A stretch of 64,000 nucleotides of DNA from Schmidtea polychroa (Eukaryota): the NCBI GenBank assembly GCA_044892525.1, contig CM097887.1:50778001-50842000 (forward strand). The letters are read 5' to 3'. The notes under the pieces were generated by a model, which had not been told where the DNA came from, did not search any database, and saw only the letters and a program-made list of their open reading frames with translations. Of this stretch, positions 22,149-30,679 are shown piece after piece. Within the stretch, counting starts at the first letter, position 1; each line of letters begins with the position of its first letter. The translations under genes were made by a program, and so were the position numbers.

Positions 22149-23186
22149 ATGACACAAGAACGAACCGAAGTCCCAAACAACGAAATAAAAATCAGTAGAG
22201 TGCACCGAGAAAGATGGACCAAAGTGATGGCACAGCTAGCAAACCAAACGCGAAATTACCTCGAAGAAGCGAGAGAATGGGAAAACCACCAGTTCCAGTG
22301 GTTAGTACAGAATTTACGAGCGGAGGCCGAGGCCTGCAAAAGAGCCGCCAAATGGTCAGCATTAGAAAGTACCAGGCAAGAGGCACATGGGCATTACCTG
22401 AAGCAATTGGTACAGGAATCGAGAAAAAGACTGACGGACGAGAATAAAAAACGAGAAGTAGAAAAACAAAAAGAGGAGAGAAAAACCCGTCAACTATTAG
22501 TAGAAGCCAGAAAGTGGAAACGGCAACATCAAGAAATCAAAAAGGAACTGAAAGAATTACCTCAGAAATTGGAATACGAAAGTGAACAAGGAAAATGGGA
22601 AGAAAATCTGGATCAGAGAGAAGAGCTAAGAAGGCTCCGAAAAATCGCCGCTAGAAGTCAAACCTGGCAGACCAAGGCCATGGAATTTGAAAGGCATCTG
22701 GCCATGAAACTGTCTATAAAGGAACAGGAGAATACCGCCATGGAAGAGATGATCCTGCAACAGTCAGGTAGAATCGTCGAACTAGTAAATAAGGTGGCAG
22801 ACCTTGAAAGAGACAATAACGGCTATAAGGGGGCACTAGAACAAAGGAATATAGTGCTAGCCGGTAAGAACAAGAAATTGGAAAACGAGAGGAAGATGTA
22901 TGATGAAAATATCAAGAACCTCGAAAAGGAAATCAGGAAATGGGAAAACGGCGAAAAAGCGGAAGAGTTAGAAAAACAGATCGAAGTAAGGGATGACGAA
23001 ACCAGGTATCTAACATACCTGTTGGACGAGGAACTCAACGTGTCAAGAGCGCTAAGAGACGAAGTCCAAGAACTTAGAGCGCAGATTCCCCGGTACTACA
23101 TTCCATTCGATCCCATCGCACTCCAACTACAAACATCAGTAGAAAGCGATGAAGGATACGTAGGCCAGGAAGAAACCTTTGTATAA
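22149..23186 (+). CDS. Accessory ORF, long coiled-coil protein (345 aa)
   Basis: Intact ATG ORF, E/K/R/L-rich heptad pattern; no catalytic motif recognised. Confidence 0.75.
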   Translation: MTQERTEVPNNEIKISRVHRERWTKVMAQLANQTRNYLEEAREWENHQFQWLVQNLRAEAEACKRAAKWSALESTRQEAHGHYLKQLVQESRKRLTDENKKREVEKQKEERKTRQLLVEARKWKRQHQEIKKELKELPQKLEYESEQGKWEENLDQREELRRLRKIAARSQTWQTKAMEFERHLAMKLSIKEQENTAMEEMILQQSGRIVELVNKVADLERDNNGYKGALEQRNIVLAGKNKKLENERKMYDENIKNLEKEIRKWENGEKAEELEKQIEVRDDETRYLTYLLDEELNVSRALRDEVQELRAQIPRYYIPFDPIALQLQTSVESDEGYVGQEETFV

Positions 23187-23361
23187 AGATAAATGGAAAA
23201 GATAAAAATATAAAAATCGGGACCTATATCCCAACAAAAAAATTAATAGTACGATAAAAGTATTGACGGGACTGTAACCCTGATTATATAAAATTACATA
23301 TAAATGTATAAGTATAAGCCGCACTGTAGCGCAATTATTAATTATGTATATATTATAGAAA

Positions 23362-24063
23362 ATGAATATTGGAAACGGACAACCCATCATAACATCTATA
23401 ATCGAGCTAGAAGAGGGAGAAATTGAAGTTGAAGAGGTGGAGCGGAAGAAAACTATCAAGGAAGAATTACAAGAGGAGAGACAAGAAAACGAAAGATTAG
23501 TAGAAAGATGGAGAGACAATCGAAAAATGATTAAAGTATTGAAAAAAGAATATACTTTGTTGGAAGAAGTAAAGAAAGAAGTAGAGGAAGAAAACGAATG
23601 GCTTCACGAGCAGAGAAAACGAGGTAGAAATTGGGAGAAGATTGCGGGAGAATTATGGCAGGAAAGGGCCAGTAGAAAGGCAGACGAAGTGATTAGTGAC
23701 TATTGGAAAACCGAGGCACGGAAACATCAAGAAATTCTGAAAGAGCTACAACTACAACTACAACAAAAACAGAAAGAATGCGAGATAATGAGACGAATGA
23801 ACAACAAATACCAGGAAATAGACGACGGAGGAGACGAGGAAAGAGGAAATGATTTTCTACAAATAATGAACCATAAAAACCTCGAAAGAGCAACGCAAGA
23901 AATAAAAGCACTAAAAGGGAAAATAATAATCCTAAAGCAACAGTTAGACGAAAGAGACAAACAATTAGAAGTACTACCCGAATTGAGAAAACGAGTAATA
24001 AAAGCGGAAACGAAAGTGATGAGAACATCCGAGAAAACCCGTAAAAAGAAAACCCGGCAATAA
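23362..24063 (+). CDS. Accessory ORF, coiled-coil protein (233 aa)
   Basis: Intact ATG ORF, heptad-rich, basic C-terminus KTRKKKTRQ. Confidence 0.7.
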   Translation: MNIGNGQPIITSIIELEEGEIEVEEVERKKTIKEELQEERQENERLVERWRDNRKMIKVLKKEYTLLEEVKKEVEEENEWLHEQRKRGRNWEKIAGELWQERASRKADEVISDYWKTEARKHQEILKELQLQLQQKQKECEIMRRMNNKYQEIDDGGDEERGNDFLQIMNHKNLERATQEIKALKGKIIILKQQLDERDKQLEVLPELRKRVIKAETKVMRTSEKTRKKKTRQ

Positions 24064-24118
24064 TTAAAAATGAATAATCAATGTAAATAATTGTAAATAA
24101 AAACTTTCGTATAGTAGT

Positions 24119-24769
24119 ATGAGGTTCGGAGCAACCCTGGTGGCAATAATGATGATAGTGATAAACGGCATACCCATGTAGCAGTCAATCCCAACACCCT
24201 GGGAGAATCCCGAGAAACAGCAAAGCCCATTAATCAAACTGAAAAATTAAAGAAAGCCCTCCAATAATATCCCGAAACAATGCTGGAACAAAGCCGCCTG
24301 GCAAAAGATTCAAAAACAACTCAACCTGCAAACCCAAAGAATCGAACAACTTGAAACCCTCCTACAAGAACCAACCAATCAACAATCTTTAAAAGAAATC
24401 ATCGTAAAGAAAGAAGCAAAAGAAAGCCAAGTTTTACTATACGTTACAATAAGCGAAACCATTATCATCTGCGCGCTAGTCATCTGGAAAGCGTATGATA
24501 TCTATCGAGCATGGAAAAGAAACCAGCCACTATCTGAGAGACCCAAAAGAAAGAACCTACGATTCCGAAACATACATAAACGAGCAGTACATTTCCAACA
24601 ACCAGACCCACTCGACCAAATACAACAAAATCTGTCTCCTAATCAAATACCTGTTACAACCCAGCTCTCCACAGCAACAACTTCGACCATCCATCCAATC
24701 CAGAATTCCCAAAGATCCCCGAAAAGCAACCAGGACAGTAATAACATTTCGAACCTAGAGATGATGTGA
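24119..24769 (+). pseudogene. Small type I membrane protein (signal peptide, coiled-coil ectodomain, TM, basic/disordered tail); in-frame stops at 24179 and 24248; not in the ORF track
   Basis: Manual translation in one frame: MRFGATLVAIMMIVINGIPM*...*...WQKIQKQLNLQTQRIEQLETLL...VLLYVTISETIIICALVIWKAYDIYRAWKR...MM*. Confidence 0.6.
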
Positions 24770-24968
24770 CATCGACTATTCATAAACTTTGTGTATTTAA
24801 ATCCGGTCACCTTAAGTGACCACTGCTGGCTTATATTTGTCCTTTTTATCTGCTTAATTAAAGTATTATCTAGTTATTTTAATTTTATGTTTGTGTAAAA
24901 TGTGGTTGTGAGATTAGTTGTTATACCGAAAGAAGGTATGATTTGGATGTATGACATTAAGTGAATTG

Positions 24969-25001
24969 CGGGGCGCAATTTTAACGGGCCCCGGAGTGAT
25001 T
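24969..25001 (+). promoter_or_regulatory. G-rich segment at the polypurine-tract position (atypical PPT)
   Basis: CGGGGCGCAATTTTAACGGGCCCCGGAGTGATT directly precedes the 3' LTR; not a pure purine run. Confidence 0.35.
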
Positions 25002-25536
25002 TGTTGGGCTAAATTTCAGATTGGAGAAAACTGGAACGAATAGAAAGGTAAACCTCGAAAAATAAATGAAATAAGAAATATATAAATTACCATCATATCT
25101 CACTAGTAAATAGGAAGGAACAATAAAATATCAATAAAAGAATAAGAATAAGTAACCCAACCAAATAAAACCCAATAAACCCCTTAAGATTTAGAAATAA
25201 AACGATTTAAGACACACAGCGGGAAAAATAAAAATAGAATGAACAAAAAAAAGTGAAACAAATAAACGGGAAATTAAAGAAATAAATAAAAAAAAAATAA
25301 AACCATTTCTAAGCCTAATTGAAACAAAAAAAATTATATTACATTAAAATAACAATAAGTCCGCAGAAAAAATAGGAGAAAAATAAGAAAAATAAGAAAA
25401 TAAATAAAATAATAATAAGAAATAAGTTAAGTTATTAAAACCCAATACATTATAATAAAAACATAAAAAATAATAATAAATAGAAAAATTACAAACAAGT
25501 TGCGTCCTGATTGGACGAAAAATACTATATATGTAA
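25002..25536 (+). repeat. 3' LTR, interrupted near its end by hATm; last bases probably at 28708-28717
   Basis: Near-identical to 3173-3709; after the hATm the sequence reads ATATGTAACG, close to an expected ...TGTAACA end. Confidence 0.85.
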
Positions 25537-28500
25537 TAGGGTGGGTCGAATGTTAATAAATTTTGAGTTCAAGAAAGGAAACATGGTTAAAAAGTTGTAT
25601 TTTGGTATAGAAAAATCGAATCAAACCATTTTACTTAGATTTATGGACATTTACTGCTCCCAACTTTTCTCCGAAAATGCAGTTCAACATAAGTGTGAAA
25701 ACAATGTAATTTGGCTAGTGTCGGAATGTGTTTTGCGCCTTTGTCCATATTTAGATGTAGCTTTCTTAAGAGCTTATAAGTATATTATTTACTCTCTTGG
25801 GCTGAGATAGTATATTCTGTGTCCTCATCCCGCATTGAAATATATCCTGACAACGTTAGTGATTAGGAAGGGCCAAATTTGAATTATCCTTTTCAAAGAC
25901 AAAAATCAACTTTCGAAATTATTTTTTATTAAAAACATCCAGCCAAAAGTTTAGAAATGTATTAGCGAGGGCATAAAAGGAAGTCACATGAAATCAGCTT
26001 TGCTTTGCACCTTGGGCAATTCCTTCCTTGATTTTTTACACAGTAGTACCATACCATGTCTGGACTTGTGACCAAACACTTTGCAACTGGCAGAAGAAAC
26101 ATCTTTGATGGCTCTTTCAACGGCTTGAGAATGACAGGGAAATTGTTCTAATGTAATTTTCTTATTCATCTTCAATTCATGATCCAATATATGAGATAAA
26201 AGAGGGGGAGGCGTCAAATTACATTTGTCCAGTCAATCATGTCAACATATGATGTAGCAGACGACTGAAGAAAGACAGTATTCTTGTCCATAGTGCGAAT
26301 CACTTCGGAAGGGAGAAAATTTTGTCTTGCAGTTATGATTTTTCCTGTTGCAAACTTTCTGATTTCTTCATCATCATCACCAACAGCAGCTAGGAGTATA
26401 TTTTCTGGATGTGAGAAGTAATTGTTGTTCTGAATGACAGGAAAGATGATTTCTTGGTCTGATGGATCCAAATCCTGCAGAAGTTGGAGCATATAAAAAA
26501 TATTTCTTGCACCATCTTGGCATGACGAGTGAGTCTTTATATAAAACCATGACGGTCCATAGAAATTGACAATAAATTTCACTATTCGCATGAGAGGTTC
26601 AGATGGAGCAGTTTCGGACATATATAGTCGCAGAATTCTATTAGCTTTCGTTAGCCAGCGACTGTGATTCAAATTTCCTGGTTGTGCCATTTGTAGAAAA
26701 GGGACATCCTTGTTGTTGTGGTACCCTTTATGGACTGCCAAGCATACTCTGAGGAAATACAATTGATCAGTGTTCAATTCTTTCTTCACATTTTCACTAA
26801 TATCTACGACCTTTCCAGGAAGGGACATAAAGGCTACTACGGGCTTGTCTTTTGGATCAAAATCAAGAACGCTTCCTATTTCACCACATGACGTTTTTGG
26901 ACCTTTTGTTTCTCCACCATCGACGACTGAAAAATACTTCCTGAATGGCAATTCATTTGCATGCAACAAGCATATCAGCCATTGTAGAGGTCGCCCTAGG
27001 CTTTTTTCGAGTCTTCTGATTATTCCATTATTTTTTCCGGTGTTTGTATTGGTTCCATCGCACACAATTGCTTGAAGGGTCAGTGAGGACTGCGTGCTAA
27101 CGATGATTGACATGATTTCTTTGCCAATATCCACAGCTTTACTACTTTGAGGTACAACATGATCGATATATGTATCCCCTGGAAAGGCGACAATCACATA
27201 ATGCTCCTCTTTTAGGATCCTTCTATGAAGTAAGGTGGAATCTTGTTTCCCGTCGAAACCGAGGCAAATCAAGTTTTTCGCTTCTGCTGAATGCTGTTCA
27301 ATTTCTCTCTCCCTCCAGTACTTTCTCTGACGCCGTAATTTTGCGGGATCGATGATTGTTTGAGAGGATAACAGTTCCATATCTTTCAGAAAAGCGTTTA
27401 CTAGCAAACACGTGTCTCTGTTGCTCACACCACATCTGTCAACAGCTTTACTTAATTCAGGATAATGTCTTCTATTTTGAAATTCATCACATTCTTCTAC
27501 GCTTGACTCTGAGCTTTCTGTTGAATTGTCTAACTTATCTTTACTTTCATCACTAGCGGCTTCACTCTCCGTGTCACTTCTTGAGGTCGGATGTAGATCG
27601 TTAACTTCAGTGTCCATTATTTCATTTTTCATTTGTTTTCCTTTTCCTGTAGGGCTGCTTTTCGTTTGTTTTCTCTTCAATTTTGAGGTTTCCTGTCTGT
27701 CCGTATTTCCGATTTTCATGTTTCTGGTAGTTTGTTGGTCAATCCAGAACTCCCACTCTAAGGTAGGAATTTTCAAGGCCAATCGGCATGTACACTGACT
27801 TCTTCCACGAGCACCATCATTAAAACATTTGCAGCAACATATGTCAAACAATTTGGAAAACGAGCTTAACTTATCTTGAAATTTGGCAGATGACCTCTTG
27901 CATTCTGGATACTTCTCTAATTCACGCACTTTTGATATTAGTCGCTTGACACGAACCACAATACTGCTGAACTCAACAGTTGGGATACTTGCCTTCATAT
28001 AAATTTCCTTCACCTTATTTGCGAGAAGAGTTGCTTTTTCGTTAAAGCCAGTATGAAATTGCGTACATTTCTCATTGTAACAGTAATCACGAAACACATC
28101 TTCACAAGTAGGTAATTGGTTTCTGGGTAGTTCACAAGTTTGACCAAACAGACAATGACGTGATTTACTTCTTGTTTTGCGAAATTGCTTATTTCTCTGT
28201 CCCTTCATAACTGCTCTTCTGTACTCAGCTCTGGCAAAATAAAAGTGAATCATCAAGTTAACTTTTTTAATTAGGTCCAGCAAACACTTGACATCCAATC
28301 GAAACAAATTAAATTATCTGAGTTTAGACTGACTAGTAGTATCCATGTGGATTATGTGTTGACTGTAGTGTGTGTGTTAGTATTGTTCAGAAGAAATTGC
28401 CTTTGTGAGTGCTTGTGTGAAGGTGCTTCCGTGAATTAACCTCTCTATACATGCACGCGTTAGCTTGGACTTGTGAATAGAGCATGTCAAAAATGGTCTT

Positions 28501-28707
28501 TCTGCAAGCGTGTGACTGCTTGCAGGATAAATTTACAATGGCACGTGTGCGAGCATTTTTACTGAGATAGTACTAATACATACAAACAAAAGTTGGGACC
28601 TGTAAACCCTTTTAAACAGCAGTCTTTTGCAGGGATATTTCATTTTCTAGCATAAGCACAACTTTTTAGGCATGTTTGGAGAAAAAAAAATTTTTCGACC
28701 CACCCTA
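25537..28707 (-). mobile_element. hATm-type DNA transposon, full length
   Basis: TIR TAGGGTGGGTCGAA (25537-25550) / TTCGACCCACCCTA (28694-28707); 8-bp TSD ATATGTAA (25529-25536, 28708-28715). Confidence 0.95.
25984..28307 (-). pseudogene. hATm transposase with a 1-nt frameshift near 26216
   Basis: GFDGKQD, CDGTNTNTG, WLICLLHANE (CxxH) in 26214-28307; the C-terminal FPCHSQAVERAIK lies in the shifted ORF 25984-26217. Confidence 0.9.
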
Positions 28708-30679
28708 ATATGTAACGTGAAAAATTAGAAGACACCCACTTTGATTTTTCACGATTTCAGGTAAAATTTTTAAGAAGAAATTAAGACCCACTTTGATTTT
28801 TCACGATTACAGATTACAGGAACTACTTTCCAGATATTCCACAGAACCATACTCACAAGCATTACTTCAGAGATTCCAGAACTTACATTTACAGGAAGTT
28901 ACCGAGCGACTAGTGACCAGTTTATTACGAAATCAGTTTTAAAATTCAATTCGTTCCAACTTTTTCGAAGCTTTAGGTATGGTGAATTATTTTGGTGTAT
29001 TAATGATTTATGTTTATTAATTTGCTGGTTAAAATGAAAAATAAACTCATTTCATAGAATAAATTTTATTTAAATGACAATTGCCTTTTCTTCATGGTGC
29101 CGGCAGCTGTATCCTCTGGAAGATCCGGGTATGATGTGGCCAGCAGAGATTTGCCACGAGGAATTTTTGTAGAATGCATCTAGGTTATGTTGAAATTTTT
29201 TAGATCTTTGGAGAACATGATAATAATTGATGAGGTAGTTATAAGAGCGATGATTGAATACGCAACTTGATAAGGAGGAGACATCATACTTGGATGCCGG
29301 ATGATATGGTTGCCGGATAAGACTTTTATATTTATTTATTTTGTTCATGATTTATTGCTTTATCATTATACATTATGCTAAATATGTTGAAGATGAATAA
29401 GTCGATTGGTCCTTCATGACGGTGCAAGACTGGCGGCAGAAATGAATGTCTTCTTGGGTGTGTCATGAGGGGTGAAGAGACTTGGTAGATGAGATGCTTT
29501 TGCGGAGTAAAATTATTCCACCGAGTGCGATCGTTTTGAGGTAAATTCCATTCTTGTGACGAAAATTCCAAAGAATGAGTGTCAACGAATTTTAGAAATG
29601 GTTAAGAATTTAGCCAGATAGCGACATTTGATATTGACATTGAGTTAATAGTAATCCACGCAGGCAAAAAGGACCTTCATAACCTTCAGATTGTCGTCAG
29701 AGCATTGTCGAAAGCATTTCCGTCACTATTTCAGGAATAAGTCAAAGATGTCTTATAACATTTTTGGTTTTGTTTGGAATTCGATCTGAAATCTATCACC
29801 CGGTTGCTAGCGGTTACATCCACCATCAATGTACTCTTGAATGTTGAATTGTCGTCCTTGAGTCACAGACACCAGCAATGAATAATCTCTCTCTGACGGT
29901 TAGGTAAACACGTTACGATAAAAATTTTAGGAATACTTACTATGAGGTCGAGGAAATTATCGCCAACGATAACCGTATTCGATTGATCTGCAATAGCCAG
30001 TTTACTGTCAGCCAACAGGGTTATCTGATAAGGTTAAAAATTAAACTGATGATATATCGCTCTGTGGGTAGGAATAGTCGAGTGAACCAGCTAATAATCA
30101 TTATCCTGAGTCAACATCATGAAATGAAATTTGATAACAAAGTCAACTTACTCCGCACTCTGCTACATCGTCGGTTGCTTGAGCTGATAAATCCGATTCC
30201 CAATTTGTCTACTGCTTCTTGTCGGAAAACCGATTATGTAATCCATTCTATTCCGTCAATGTACACACACCCACTTCTGTCACTCCCACGTAATGCGATG
30301 TACAAATGAATCTACGGCTTGGCAGGAAATGCTGGTGATATAACGATCACGTGAGCATATAGATTTCTTCAGAAATAAATTTTCACTAGACTAGGGTGAG
30401 GAAATGGATTTTTTCTCCATTCTACTAGACAATCAATAATCTCTTCCAATAGTACAGACAGTTGCTCGAGATAACAGCTAATGCACAATTATAATTGCGA
30501 CCGGAAGATTGACACCTCTAGTTATCCCATCATAATGTACAACTAAATAAATGACTCCATGACGACAAATACCGCACATTATTTAAATCAATGGAAATTT
30601 TAATTTAATATTCAGTTTTCTGACTAAATTTTTCTTATTATAATTCCCTTAGCGTAGATTAACATATAATTGACCATAA

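Larger units (their letters stand above)
3173..28717 (+). mobile_element. Giant Ty3/Gypsy (Metaviridae) LTR retroelement with env-like glycoprotein and many accessory genes; defective copy; includes a nested hATm at 25537-28707
   Basis: Direct terminal repeats at 3173-3709 and 25002-25536 starting TGTTGGGC; Gag with CCHC knuckles; RT (YIDDLLI), RNase H and integrase in Gypsy order with a GPY motif; A-rich coding strand throughout. Candidate TSD TGAAA (3167-3171 / 28718-28722) is offset by 1 nt from the canonical TG start, so the right boundary is approximate. Confidence 0.92.

Noticed and set aside
8743-24028. Dozens of minus-strand ORFs over the retroelement
   Set aside because: Shadow ORFs: the A/G-rich coding strand gives stop-poor, F/S/L-rich antisense frames with no domains.
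28716-29080. Continuation of the 3' LTR (R/U5) ending at ...AAATGACA
   Set aside because: No counterpart after the 5' LTR and no matching TSD at 29080.
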